Source: Deltaproteobacteria bacterium
GTDB taxonomy: Bacteria; JAGRBM01; JAHCIT01
Direction of reading: 5' to 3'
DNA length: 64,000 bases
Assembly: GCA_026129095.1 (NCBI GenBank)
Contig: JAHCIT010000008.1
Coordinates: 7,021-71,020 of the forward strand
Below the pieces are notes generated by a model, which was given only the letters and a program-made list of their open reading frames with translations, made no database searches and was not told the DNA's origin. The position numbers and the translations under genes were made by a program. Positions 44,774-54,435 of this stretch are shown in pieces (the stretch's first letter is position 1; every line of letters begins with the position of its first letter).

Positions 44774-44999
44774 CTATCTGGACAGCCTTTCAGAGCCGGT
44801 AGTTCCCCTAAAATCGCAGATTCTCACGCGATTTTCCTTGCACCCGGCAATTGACGGAACCCGGTCCGGTTATTTATAAAGGCCCGACTTCCGGCCGTCA
44901 AACACGCGCAAGCGGACTGGACCTGCGACCAGGCCCATTCGGCTGGAGAATTCCCCGGCGAACGCCGCGGACCCTATACCACTGAGGAGTCACACAACG

Positions 45000-45653
45000 A
45001 TGTCTATCAAGGAACTTCTGGCGCTTCTGGGCGAGCACTATCATGAGGGCGGCTGGATGATGCATGGCATCGCCGCCACCGGAATTATCGCCTTCGCCAT
45101 CTTCTGCGAGCGGTTCTACATCATCTGGATCAAGGCCAAGTTCAGCAAGGAAGAATACCTCGTCACCATCAAGAAGTTCCTCTCGGAACGGAACGTGGAT
45201 GGCGCCATTGCGTGGCTCCAGGAGCGCGAGCACCCGCTGGCCAACATCCTCCGCGCCGGTCTCGTGCAGTTCAAGTCGGGAGACCCCAAGTTCAAGGAAG
45301 CGATGGATCTTGCATCCATCTCCAACATGCCGCAGCTCGAAAAGCGCACTGGATACCTGGCCATGCTCGGCAACATTGCAACGCTGGCCGGACTGCTGGG
45401 AACGGTTGTCGGTCTCATTGGCGCCTTCGGCGCGGTGGGTGGCGCCGAGGCATCAAAGAAAGCAGAAATCCTCGCCGCCTCGATTTCGGAAGCCATGAAC
45501 TGCACGGCCTTCGGCATTGGCACGGCGATCCCGTGCCTCCTGTCATTCGCCATCGTGAGTTCAAAGACCACGGCCGTTATCAGCGATATCGAAACCGTAT
45601 CCGCGACGGTCTCGGACTTCCTGGAACGGATTGCCGAGAAGGAAGCGGCCTGA
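45000..45653 (+). CDS. exbB: MotA/TolQ/ExbB-family proton channel
   Basis: 217 aa; three TM helices; conserved C-terminal block AEALxxTAFGL-like (ISEAMNCTAFGIGTAIP). Confidence 0.85.
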   Translation: MSIKELLALLGEHYHEGGWMMHGIAATGIIAFAIFCERFYIIWIKAKFSKEEYLVTIKKFLSERNVDGAIAWLQEREHPLANILRAGLVQFKSGDPKFKEAMDLASISNMPQLEKRTGYLAMLGNIATLAGLLGTVVGLIGAFGAVGGAEASKKAEILAASISEAMNCTAFGIGTAIPCLLSFAIVSSKTTAVISDIETVSATVSDFLERIAEKEAA

Positions 45654-45716
45654 CCCGGTTCGGATGACCTGCGGCTCCATAGCGGAGCCGTGGGACATCA
45701 ATGGAGCACCCTATAG

Positions 45717-46196
45717 ATGGGCAAGCACACCAAAGGCATCAAGTCACTGGACGCGCCGGTCAACCTGATGCCGTTCATTGACCTGCTGTGCGTCTTGATC
45801 TGTTTTCTGATCATGTCGGCCGTATGGGTTTCCATCACGCAGATCGAGATCAACCTGCCATCATCGGGCGGCGGCGGAGCCGGGGCGGCCGAGGATGCAC
45901 CCCCGCCATTTTCACTGACGGTCGTGGTGAAAAAGGCCGGGTATGGCATCGCCGCTTCAGGCGGCGCCCTGCCTGAAATACCCAAGACGGATGACGGCAA
46001 GTACGACACTGCAAAACTCGGCGAGAAGCTCGCCGAGATTCGCGGGCACTTCCCCAACGAACGGGAAGTGGTGATTGCCAGCGATCCGGGCATTCCCTAC
46101 GAAAACCTGGTCAGCACAATGGATATCGCCGTGAAAAACGGCTTTGACGCGATATCACTGGCCCCCTGGAATGAAACGACTGCTGAAGGGCAGTAG
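45717..46196 (+). CDS. exbD: ExbD/TolR-family biopolymer transport protein
   Basis: 159 aa; basic N-terminus, INLMPFIDLLCVLICFLIM TM helix, periplasmic domain. Confidence 0.85.
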   Translation: MGKHTKGIKSLDAPVNLMPFIDLLCVLICFLIMSAVWVSITQIEINLPSSGGGGAGAAEDAPPPFSLTVVVKKAGYGIAASGGALPEIPKTDDGKYDTAKLGEKLAEIRGHFPNEREVVIASDPGIPYENLVSTMDIAVKNGFDAISLAPWNETTAEGQ

Positions 46197-46208
46197 GAGA
46201 GAAAGGCA

Positions 46209-46748
46209 ATGGGCGCTGGCGCAGCAATGCCGGAACCATCCGGCGGAGGCGGTCAAAAAGGATTCCTGAAGCGCGGTAAGGCCGGCGGGCGTCGCATGAG
46301 CGCTCCCGATCTCATGCTGACTCCGCTGATCGACTTTCTCATCGTGCTCGTGATCTTCCTCATCCAGAGCTTTTCCGCCGACCCGACGATCAGCCTCCCC
46401 GGTGACGTGCGTCTCCCCCACTCCATATCCGAGAAGGGCCTCAAGGCCGCGGTAGCGGTGGCAGTATCCGAATCGGTAATCACCGTGGAAGGGCATGCTG
46501 TCGCCGCCGTTTCAGACGTGGCAGCCATGAAGGATTTCATCATTCCTGGCCTCGTCGCCGCCCTTCAGAAGACCCGCGAGCGGGCTGATGCCTGGGCGGC
46601 CGCCGGCATCGAAGGCACTGAATTCAAGGGGGACGTCATCATCACGTCCGACAAGGAAATCCCCTTCGATATCCTCATGAAGATCATGGCCTCCTGCGGC
46701 GAAGTGGGATACGGCAACCTGTCGCTCGCCGTGCTCCAGACCATCTGA
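46209..46748 (+). CDS. exbD: ExbD/TolR-family biopolymer transport protein (second copy)
   Basis: 179 aa; LMLTPLIDFLIVLVIFLI TM helix; start may be the internal ATG (MSAPDLML...). Confidence 0.8.
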   Translation: MGAGAAMPEPSGGGGQKGFLKRGKAGGRRMSAPDLMLTPLIDFLIVLVIFLIQSFSADPTISLPGDVRLPHSISEKGLKAAVAVAVSESVITVEGHAVAAVSDVAAMKDFIIPGLVAALQKTRERADAWAAAGIEGTEFKGDVIITSDKEIPFDILMKIMASCGEVGYGNLSLAVLQTI

Positions 46749-46930
46749 TTCCTCTCTCTGACGGCCATCGTATCCGGCCAGCGAACGCTATTGCCCCGCT
46801 CCGTGCAGTCAGTTATTTCCCGGCCGTGGGCGACTAACTGAGCAGTCAGTGAGCCCCTCTGGCCCGCCAGAACACACAGGAGATTCCGGACGTTACGCTT
46901 CGGTGAGGAGCGGCCCTTCCGGCACCGGCA

Positions 46931-47908
46931 TTGGCACTCGATCCGCATCAGTATCCGCTTGAATGGACCGCTCCCGTCCCCCCGGTGGAAGACGCCCGGC
47001 GGTGGTGCCAGCGCATGGCGGCAAGCCACTACGAGAACTTCCCCGTGGCGAGCTGGATACTGGGCGGCCGCAGGCGGCACCATGTGGCTGCCGTATACGC
47101 CTTTGCACGGACCGCCGACGACCTGGCCGACGAGCCGGACTATCCGGAACCCGGTGTGACCCCCGAAAAGCGTCTGGCCAACCTGGACCAGTGGCAATCC
47201 CACCTGACGCTGGCGTTTGAGGGCCGGGCATCCCATCCGGCATTTGTCGCGCTCTCGGCCACGGCCCGGGAACTCGGCCTACCGAAAAACCTGTTTGAAG
47301 ACCTGCTGTCGGCATTCCGCCAGGACGTGATGAAGTCCCGGTATGAAAACCTGGATGAGGTGCGTGACTACGCCCGCCGGTCCGCGAATCCGGTCGGGAG
47401 GCTCGTGCTCCGCATCTGGGGGATCACGGATCCCAGGGCCGACGCCTGTTCGGATGCCATCTGCTCGGCCCTCCAGCTCGTGAACTTCTGGCAGGACGTG
47501 TCGAAGGATTATGTCGAGCGCGACCGCATCTATCTCCCCCGCGACCGGATGGTGCACCATGGGGTATCCGAGACTGAACTCCGTGCGGGACCGGTGACTG
47601 CCGGCTACCGGAACCTGCTGGAGGAAATGAACCAGACCGCCGCACAGCTTTTCGAGGCGGGCCGTCCCCTGCCCTCGATGCTTCCGTTCCCCCTGTCACT
47701 GTGGCTCCGGTGGGTCTGGCTTGGCGGCACGGCCATCGGAAGGCGGCTCCGGCTGGCCGGGTACGATGTCTTTTCCCGGCGCCCTGTCCTCACGGGGCCC
47801 GACATGGTGAAGCTGCTGCTGCGGGGCCTGTTCCCCCTGGGCGGACGCCCTGCCCTGCCGTCCGGCCGGATGCTGGCAGCGGCCACGGTATCCAAGGAGG
47901 CTGCCTGA
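46931..47908 (+). CDS. hpnC: squalene/phytoene-synthase-family enzyme, HpnC-like (hydroxysqualene synthase)
   Basis: 325 aa; HYENFPVAS block; Asp-rich motifs ADDLADE and QDVSKD; TTG start per track, with internal GTG/ATG alternatives; stop overlaps the hpnD ATG (TGATG). Confidence 0.72.
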   Translation: MALDPHQYPLEWTAPVPPVEDARRWCQRMAASHYENFPVASWILGGRRRHHVAAVYAFARTADDLADEPDYPEPGVTPEKRLANLDQWQSHLTLAFEGRASHPAFVALSATARELGLPKNLFEDLLSAFRQDVMKSRYENLDEVRDYARRSANPVGRLVLRIWGITDPRADACSDAICSALQLVNFWQDVSKDYVERDRIYLPRDRMVHHGVSETELRAGPVTAGYRNLLEEMNQTAAQLFEAGRPLPSMLPFPLSLWLRWVWLGGTAIGRRLRLAGYDVFSRRPVLTGPDMVKLLLRGLFPLGGRPALPSGRMLAAATVSKEAA

Positions 47909-48753
47909 TGGCCGATACAGCCGCTACCGACCAGTTCCGGAACTCCAACTTCGCGCTAGCCTTCTTCTTCCTGCCGAAGGCCGAACGTGAGGCGATGCAG
48001 ATTGTCTATGCCTACTGCCGGATACTGGATGATATTGTCGATGAACCCGGTGATCCCGCGGTCAAGCGCAAGGAACTCCGCAAGTGGGAGGAGGAACTGG
48101 ACCAGATATACAACGGCCGTCCCCTCGACCCACTGGGCCGCCGCCTCCAGGAAATCGTCCGCCAGTTCCACCTGAGCCGCGAACCGTTCCAGCGGATCAT
48201 CGACGGATGTGCAATGGACCTCGACCACGCCCGTTATGAAACCTTCGACGATCTCTATGTCTACTGCACCAAGGTGGCGAGCGCGGTCGGCCAGTGCTGC
48301 ATCGAGATATTCGGCTACGAAAACATGAAAACGCAGGACTATGCCGAGCATCTGGGAGTCGCGCTCCAGCTTACCAACATCCTCCGGGACGTGGGCGAGG
48401 ATGCCCGGCGGGGGCGGATCTACCTTCCGCGGCAGGAAATGGACCGGTTCGGAGTCACCGAGACGGACATTCTCGCCGGCCGGCAAACGGACAATACGCG
48501 AAAGCTTCTCGAACAGTTCGGCAAGAGGGCGAAAGGCTACTACGAACTCGCCGAGAGCGAAAAGCATGAGCTGGAACCGAAACGGCTCATGGCCGCCGAA
48601 ATCATGGGTGCCATTTACCGGAAGGTGCTCGACCGGGTGGAAGCCTCCGGGTACGACGTATTCGGCGCTCCCCTGAAACTGACCACACTGGAGAAGGCTT
48701 CGGCGCTCGCAGGAGTCATGGCGCGCCATTACCTGCGCCGCGAGGCAGCCTGA
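47908..48753 (+). CDS. hpnD: squalene/phytoene-synthase-family enzyme, HpnD-like (presqualene diphosphate synthase)
   Basis: Trimmed to ATG 47908-47910 (MADTAATDQFRNSNFALAFFFLP...); Asp-rich motifs LDDIVDE and RDVGEDARRGRIYLP. Confidence 0.75.
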   Translation: MADTAATDQFRNSNFALAFFFLPKAEREAMQIVYAYCRILDDIVDEPGDPAVKRKELRKWEEELDQIYNGRPLDPLGRRLQEIVRQFHLSREPFQRIIDGCAMDLDHARYETFDDLYVYCTKVASAVGQCCIEIFGYENMKTQDYAEHLGVALQLTNILRDVGEDARRGRIYLPRQEMDRFGVTETDILAGRQTDNTRKLLEQFGKRAKGYYELAESEKHELEPKRLMAAEIMGAIYRKVLDRVEASGYDVFGAPLKLTTLEKASALAGVMARHYLRREAA

Positions 48754-48755
48754 TC

Positions 48756-50105
48756 GTGCCGCCGCCGGACGTCCTCATCGTGGGCGGCGGCATCGCTGGC
48801 CTTGCGGCCGCCACGGAACTGGCCGACAGCGGCCTTCGGCCCCTCATTCTGGAAATGCGCGCCGACGGCGGCGGACGGGCGTCGTCCTTCAATGATCCGG
48901 CCAGCGGAATCCGGGTAGACAACGGGCAGCACCTTCTCATGGGCTGCTATGCCGAAACGCTCCGGTTTCTGGAACGTATCGGAGCACGCGGCGACCTGAT
49001 CTTCCAGGAACAGCTCGAAGTGAACTATCTCGGCGACAGCAAGGGGCCCGGACGGATGCGGGCGCTCAACCTGCCCGCCCCGTTGCATCTGCTGGGGGGG
49101 CTGCTCACTTTCAACCTGCTGTCATGGCGCGAGCGGTTCCAGACCCTGCGCGTGGGACTGGCCATCCAGTTCGGCGGCTCCGGCGGAGCCGACGAAAGCG
49201 TACGCGACTGGCTGACACGGCTCGGTCAGAGCAGACGGGTGCAAACGGTCCTGTGGGATCCGATCACCATTGCCACCCTGAACGAGGAACCCGAACGCGC
49301 CTCCGCGGAACTGCTCCGCGAAGTGCTTCGCATCGCCTTCTTCAGCTCCAGGGAGGGCTCCCGTCTGGTCATACCCGCCACGCACCTCAGCGATCTGTAC
49401 GTGGGCCGGGCGAAGTCATGGCTCGCGGCTCGCGGGTCCGAATTCCGCCCGCAGGCCCACGTGTCCGAAATCCTGTTCGATAGCGGCAAAGTGGCAGGGG
49501 TCCGGCTCCGGAGCGGGGAAACCATCCTGTGCGGCCGGGTGATATCGGCCGTGCCGGCACATCCCCTGCTCAGTCTGCTGCCCCAGGGAATACGGAGCGA
49601 GGCGCCCTTCAACAGGCTGGAGGAGCTTTCCGGCTCGCCGATCGTCAGCGTCAACCTGTTTTACGACCGCCCGGTGACGGACGACCCGTTCGTCGCGCTC
49701 CTCGACAGCCCGATCCACTGGGTATTCAACCGCCCCAGGATACTGGGAGAGAAAAGCCCGCAGCTTCACCACTACGCACTGATTGTGAGCGGCGCCCGGA
49801 CCCTGCTCGACGTGCCGAACGACAGGATTTGCGCCGATGCGGCCCGCGAGATGGTCCGGGTCTTCCCTCTGGCCCGCGAGGCGAAACTGGTCCGGTCCGT
49901 TGCGGTCAAGGACCGGGAGGCGACATTCGCCCAGTTCCCCGGCGTCAACGGCATACGGCCGGGGCCGGTGACACGGCATGAGGGTTTTTATCTGGCCGGA
50001 GACTGGACCGGGACACGGCTTCCGGCGACCATCGAGAGCGCCGCCCTGAGCGGGCATCAGGCCGCCCGGGCCCTACTGGATAAAGGCCAACCTGTCAGGG
50101 GCTGA
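48756..50105 (+). CDS. hpnE: FAD-dependent amine-oxidase-family protein, HpnE-like (hydroxysqualene dehydroxylase)
   Basis: 449 aa; GTG start 48756-48758; dinucleotide-binding VLIVGGGIAGLAAA; follows the two synthase-family genes. Confidence 0.78.
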   Translation: MPPPDVLIVGGGIAGLAAATELADSGLRPLILEMRADGGGRASSFNDPASGIRVDNGQHLLMGCYAETLRFLERIGARGDLIFQEQLEVNYLGDSKGPGRMRALNLPAPLHLLGGLLTFNLLSWRERFQTLRVGLAIQFGGSGGADESVRDWLTRLGQSRRVQTVLWDPITIATLNEEPERASAELLREVLRIAFFSSREGSRLVIPATHLSDLYVGRAKSWLAARGSEFRPQAHVSEILFDSGKVAGVRLRSGETILCGRVISAVPAHPLLSLLPQGIRSEAPFNRLEELSGSPIVSVNLFYDRPVTDDPFVALLDSPIHWVFNRPRILGEKSPQLHHYALIVSGARTLLDVPNDRICADAAREMVRVFPLAREAKLVRSVAVKDREATFAQFPGVNGIRPGPVTRHEGFYLAGDWTGTRLPATIESAALSGHQAARALLDKGQPVRG

Positions 50106-50958
50106 CGACCTCGATATCCAGCCGGACGGCCGCCCCCTCCACCTTTTGCGATTTCACAATGACCTTGTAGGGAAAGTCCGCCATCCGGGCACGCAGGTTT
50201 TCGAGGTCAGCGGCGAGCCGCTCCGGCGTCGTCCGGAATTCGCCGCCAATGGCATAAGGTACCGACCCTTCGAAGCTCTTGCGTACCGATCTCTGAACGT
50301 CCTCGGTGGAGCTGAATGACAGGTTCCGGACCACGTTCAGTTCCAGCTTCCACGAGGTATTGACGTGAAACCCGCGGCCCGCGAGCGTCTGGCGGACTGC
50401 CGCCATGTTCGCGCTGAATGCCATCTTGATCCCTTCGGGCGCTTCCTCGACCGTGCTTTCACTAATTGCCCTGTCTATGGCGGACTTTATCGCCGAGATG
50501 CCGGCGGCCGGGACATTCTTCATTCCGCCAGGCACCGGAAGCCCTGAAAACACGGCCGGGACCAGTTCATCAACGGCGGCCGAGCGCATCCGTTTCGTCT
50601 CGCTGCCCTGGACAGTGATGGTGGAGGCGGCAGCCGGATTGAGTTTCCGGCCAATCACCTTCTGGGGCCATTTCTGGACCGGAGCGGCTGCAACTGGCGG
50701 CGGTTCCGGATCTGGCGCCGCCGGGACTGGTTCAGGGACCGGAACCGGTGCTTCGACCGGAACAACGGGCTGTGCAGGGACGGCGGCGGCTGGCGGCGCG
50801 GCTTCAGCCGGGGAGCCCGGCGATCCAAGCCGCCAGGGAGACTGGGATGACGTAAACATCCACCACGCCGCACCGCCGGTTCCAAGGCCCGCGATGGCCA
50901 CCAGCACCGACACGACGATCGGCGCTCCATAGGAGGGACTGTTGGCTGGACCGGCCAT
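50095..50958 (-). CDS. membrane-anchored proline-rich protein (TonB-like layout, unassigned)
   Basis: 287 aa; N-terminal TM helix, Pro/Ala/Val-rich spacer (PVPVPEPVPAAPDPEPPP), about 190-aa C-terminal domain without recognisable motif; 3' end overlaps convergent hpnE by 11 nt. Confidence 0.5.
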   Translation of the reverse strand: MAGPANSPSYGAPIVVSVLVAIAGLGTGGAAWWMFTSSQSPWRLGSPGSPAEAAPPAAAVPAQPVVPVEAPVPVPEPVPAAPDPEPPPVAAAPVQKWPQKVIGRKLNPAAASTITVQGSETKRMRSAAVDELVPAVFSGLPVPGGMKNVPAAGISAIKSAIDRAISESTVEEAPEGIKMAFSANMAAVRQTLAGRGFHVNTSWKLELNVVRNLSFSSTEDVQRSVRKSFEGSVPYAIGGEFRTTPERLAADLENLRARMADFPYKVIVKSQKVEGAAVRLDIEVVSP

Positions 50959-51106
50959 GTGCGGTCATTGGTACCCCGTCCGGCACTAGCCATGCAAGCA
51001 CCCTCATCCGGCCTCGCCAAAAGAAACGGGCGCTCCGGGCCGGGAACCCGGAGCGCCCATGGAACATAAGGGACATGCACCCTTTGCGGGTGCAGGGGTG
51101 GCTGTT

Positions 51107-52645
51107 TTACCAGTCCGCCTGGAAGCGGGTCTGGAAGGTGTGCAGGGCACCCTTCGGCACGTAGAGCGTCAGCGAGTCGGTGTTCCTCACAACCGAGTAG
51201 ATGTAATTGGACTTCAGCATGAAGTTCGGCGTGAGGTGCCAGTTAACGGCAAACGCGTAGTTGTCCAGCTTGCCGCCATCGCCGTTGACCGACGGGTACG
51301 GATTGGATGCCGTGGGTGGCGGGAGTATCTGGTTCTCGCCCGCCGGCGAGTCAGCATGCGCCGTGTTCACCAGCGCAGCGGTCGAGCGGCCCGGCACATC
51401 GCCATCAATCAGGTTCAGGTGCGACCAGCGGAAGGCGAACTCCCAGGCGCCAATCCCGCCGTCCTTGAAGGCGATCTGCTTGAGGACTGGCCGGCCGAAT
51501 GTTCCATTACTGTAGGTCCGGTTGCCATTCAGCATGTAGGAACCCTGGAGATAGGTTCCCCACAGGAACGGGTTTCCCATTCCGCGCCGGGATACATGCG
51601 ATATCATGTATTCACCCTGCAGCGAGAACGACTCAATCTGGGCAGCGTACTCAAATGAGTACTGGGCAAGCTTCCTGACCGAACCCAAACCGCCCTGTCC
51701 GAACAGGCCGGGGTTGGTAGCACTGGCGCCTGGGCCGATGCTCCGCATGGAGCCGGTCTGGACCAGGGCCGGGCCCTGGTTGATCTCGGGCCGGGCGCTG
51801 AATGCCACTGTATCCTGCTGCGGCGCGGAAAGACGGTAAGAGAAACCGAGGTGGAGCAGCTCAGCACCCTTGTCCTCCAGCAGCGGTGCCCAGGTGAGCC
51901 GGGCCGTCAGGTCGTAATCCTTGTCGTCGATCTGCCGGATCCGGGACGGTGTGTTGGGCGGCGCAGGTACCGCGGGCGAGGCCGTTACCGGCACCCGGTG
52001 GTTGGCTCCGGTTACCCGGAATACGCCCACCGTTGCGGTGGCAGTCTTGTTCAGAAGGCTGGTGTTGCTGATTGCAAGGCCCATGTCGCGGCTCGGAGCA
52101 AACGCCAGGGTCGGCGAGCTGCGTTCCATGAACGTGATGAACCGGCTGGTGGTGAGCTCTTCCAGACTCCACGGCTGCTTGAAGTGGCCGAAGGTCACGT
52201 TGAAATCACCGGGCAGCTTTCTCAGCCGGATGTAGGCATCTTCAAACGTCGCCGCGTTACCGGCAAAGTTCGGCTGGAACTTGAATTCAAAGTGGTTGTA
52301 CACCGTGCAGCCGATATCGAGACGGCCGGTCCGGATATTGGTACCGTCCTTGAATGGATACCCGCCCACGGCGCCCAGCGCCGGGACAGCCGGGAACGGC
52401 GGGGTAGCCGGAGTCGCCGTTGTGGCTGGAGCGAACGGGCCGTTCGCGCCTTCCAGCGCGCTGTTGCCGTTCATCCAGTAGGCATCGAAATAGATACGGC
52501 CGCCGAGGGCGCAGCTTGCCTCGTCGCTCTTCAGCTTGATTCCGTCCTTCCATTCGACCTTGAAATCGCCTGCGCTGGCTGCCCGTGAAAACGCGAGAAC
52601 CATTCCCGCAACGAGCCAAATCCTGACCTTGTTTCTGGTGTCCAT
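51107..52645 (-). CDS. outer-membrane porin, phosphate-selective porin O/P-like
   Basis: Track ORF trimmed to M42 (MDTRNKVRIWLVAGMVLAFSRAASA signal peptide); beta-barrel-like alternating pattern; C-terminal aromatic residue (...FQADW). Confidence 0.72.
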   Translation of the reverse strand: MDTRNKVRIWLVAGMVLAFSRAASAGDFKVEWKDGIKLKSDEASCALGGRIYFDAYWMNGNSALEGANGPFAPATTATPATPPFPAVPALGAVGGYPFKDGTNIRTGRLDIGCTVYNHFEFKFQPNFAGNAATFEDAYIRLRKLPGDFNVTFGHFKQPWSLEELTTSRFITFMERSSPTLAFAPSRDMGLAISNTSLLNKTATATVGVFRVTGANHRVPVTASPAVPAPPNTPSRIRQIDDKDYDLTARLTWAPLLEDKGAELLHLGFSYRLSAPQQDTVAFSARPEINQGPALVQTGSMRSIGPGASATNPGLFGQGGLGSVRKLAQYSFEYAAQIESFSLQGEYMISHVSRRGMGNPFLWGTYLQGSYMLNGNRTYSNGTFGRPVLKQIAFKDGGIGAWEFAFRWSHLNLIDGDVPGRSTAALVNTAHADSPAGENQILPPPTASNPYPSVNGDGGKLDNYAFAVNWHLTPNFMLKSNYIYSVVRNTDSLTLYVPKGALHTFQTRFQADW

Positions 52646-52878
52646 CCGTAACTCCCTTTCAGTGTTGACGCGCATCCGGCTACAGGGGGCCGCAGACCGG
52701 ATGACGGCGGGCAGCCTATGCCTGCCGCGTGGCGGAATGATGGAAACCGTGTGACGGGGACGTGACAAGCACCGGAACGGTCACCATAAGGGCCTTAGCG
52801 GCCTCTGGAGGCACCGTGTTACGGATCATGGACGCCGGAGGGGGTTTCCCCCTAGAATCGTTCCAAGATGGCCGACAG

Positions 52879-54435
52879 ATGAAGATTCTTCTCGTCAACC
52901 CGCCGACGACCAACGTCCATGTGCCGGAAAACACGCCGCTGGGGCTTCTGTACCTGGCACAGGCGGTCCGTGATATCGCTGATCCGTGGGTGATCGACTT
53001 CGACGCCATGAAGCTTCCCGCTGGCGGGATGCTGCGCCGCCTGACGGAAGAACGGCCCGATCTTCTCGGCATCACCTGCACGACATACAGCTTCAAGGCC
53101 CTTGTCGAGATCACCCGGTTTGTCCGCGAGCAGTTGCCTGAAACCCGGATCGTGATCGGCGGCCCGCACGTGACTGCCTATCCGGAGCAGGCGATGAAAG
53201 AGGCCGCTCCCGACTGGATCATTACCCGGGAAGGCGAACTGGCATTCCGTGATCTGGTACTGGGTCTGAAAGGCGAACAGTCCTGTCCAGCGCCCGGCAG
53301 CATCATCGAGGGCACTCCGCTGGAGCCGATCGAGCGTTTCGGCTTTCCTGCCCGCGATCTCCTGGAACCCGGACTGTATGGCTACCTGGGGAACCATCCC
53401 CGGCACGTGGCCCCCGAGGCGGTCATGCTCTGGGGACGGGGCTGCCCGCACAAGTGTACCTTCTGCTCGGATGTCGTGTTCATGGACCGGAAGACCCGGT
53501 TCCGGCCCGCGGACGCCGTGCTGGACGAAATCGGCGAGCTCAAGCGTCTCGGGTTCAAGGAGATATTCGTCTACGACGACGAACTGGCGGGAATGAACCC
53601 GGTGGAAAACGCCTGGATCGCCGAGATATGCAGGGGGATCATCGCCCGCGGCTATAACGACCTTGTATTCAAGTGCCAGGGCCGGTGCTCGAAGTTTGCC
53701 ACCCAGGAGATGCTCGACCTGATGGCCGAGGCCGGATTCCGGACCATCATGTGGGGCGTCGAGAGCGGATCGCCCGCTGTTCTCCGCGCAATCCGCAAGG
53801 GCACGACGCGAGAAGCGATCGAGGAAACGATGGAACGATGCCGCAAGGCCGGTATCGAGCGGTGGATGTTCCTCATCATCGGATTCCCGCAGGAAACCGC
53901 CAGCGATCTCCAGATGACCTGCGACCTGGTAGAGAAGGTGAAGCCGGAATACGTGCAGGTGACCTTCGCCACGCCCTATCCGTCGGCGCTCAGCGAGCAG
54001 GCCCTCAGGGAAAACCGCGTCCAGAACTGGGATATCGACACCTGGAATACGCATCGCCCGGTGATCCGCTGCGACCACCTGACCGACGACGAGCTGATCG
54101 CCTGGCGGGAAAAGATACTGGCCGCCTGCGACCGCCACCACCGCGTCGAGCCGCAACCGGGCATGCATGTCGCCGAGGAAGCCATCGGAAACTCCTGCTA
54201 TTCGGGCATGGTCGTGGGGCTGGATGCCGCAAAGGGCCTGCCTTCAGGAGACCGGATTCCGCCCCGTGTGCCCCAGCACCGGATCCCGACGTGGGATGAC
54301 CACTGGGAGGCGACCAAACTGGCCTGGAAACGGCAGGGCCTCGGTGGCATCTACCAGAAGGCGGTCCGGGCCTTCCAGCGCCGGTTCACGGACCGTTCCG
54401 TCCCGCCCGAAAGCCTGTTCATGGGACAGGGCTAG
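52879..54435 (+). CDS. B12-binding-domain radical SAM protein
   Basis: Trimmed to ATG 52879-52881 (MKILLVNPP...); N-terminal cobalamin-binding-like Rossmann segment; radical-SAM cysteine triad CPHKCTFC. Confidence 0.85.
   Translation: MKILLVNPPTTNVHVPENTPLGLLYLAQAVRDIADPWVIDFDAMKLPAGGMLRRLTEERPDLLGITCTTYSFKALVEITRFVREQLPETRIVIGGPHVTAYPEQAMKEAAPDWIITREGELAFRDLVLGLKGEQSCPAPGSIIEGTPLEPIERFGFPARDLLEPGLYGYLGNHPRHVAPEAVMLWGRGCPHKCTFCSDVVFMDRKTRFRPADAVLDEIGELKRLGFKEIFVYDDELAGMNPVENAWIAEICRGIIARGYNDLVFKCQGRCSKFATQEMLDLMAEAGFRTIMWGVESGSPAVLRAIRKGTTREAIEETMERCRKAGIERWMFLIIGFPQETASDLQMTCDLVEKVKPEYVQVTFATPYPSALSEQALRENRVQNWDIDTWNTHRPVIRCDHLTDDELIAWREKILAACDRHHRVEPQPGMHVAEEAIGNSCYSGMVVGLDAAKGLPSGDRIPPRVPQHRIPTWDDHWEATKLAWKRQGLGGIYQKAVRAFQRRFTDRSVPPESLFMGQG

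Noticed and set aside
44774-44999. Possible cobalamin riboswitch upstream of exbB (CCACTG resembling a B12 box)
   Set aside because: Only a hexamer match, located within 20 nt of the start codon next to the GAGGAG ribosome-binding site; none of the other conserved riboswitch stems or the GGTG/CCGG core could be recognised, and no TonB-dependent receptor follows.
52646-52878. Short palindromes in the porin/radical-SAM divergent region (GGGGGTTTCCCCC near 52840; GTGAC...GTCAC)
   Set aside because: Stems of only 5 bp in GC-rich sequence are expected by chance; no repeat or phasing to suggest an operator.
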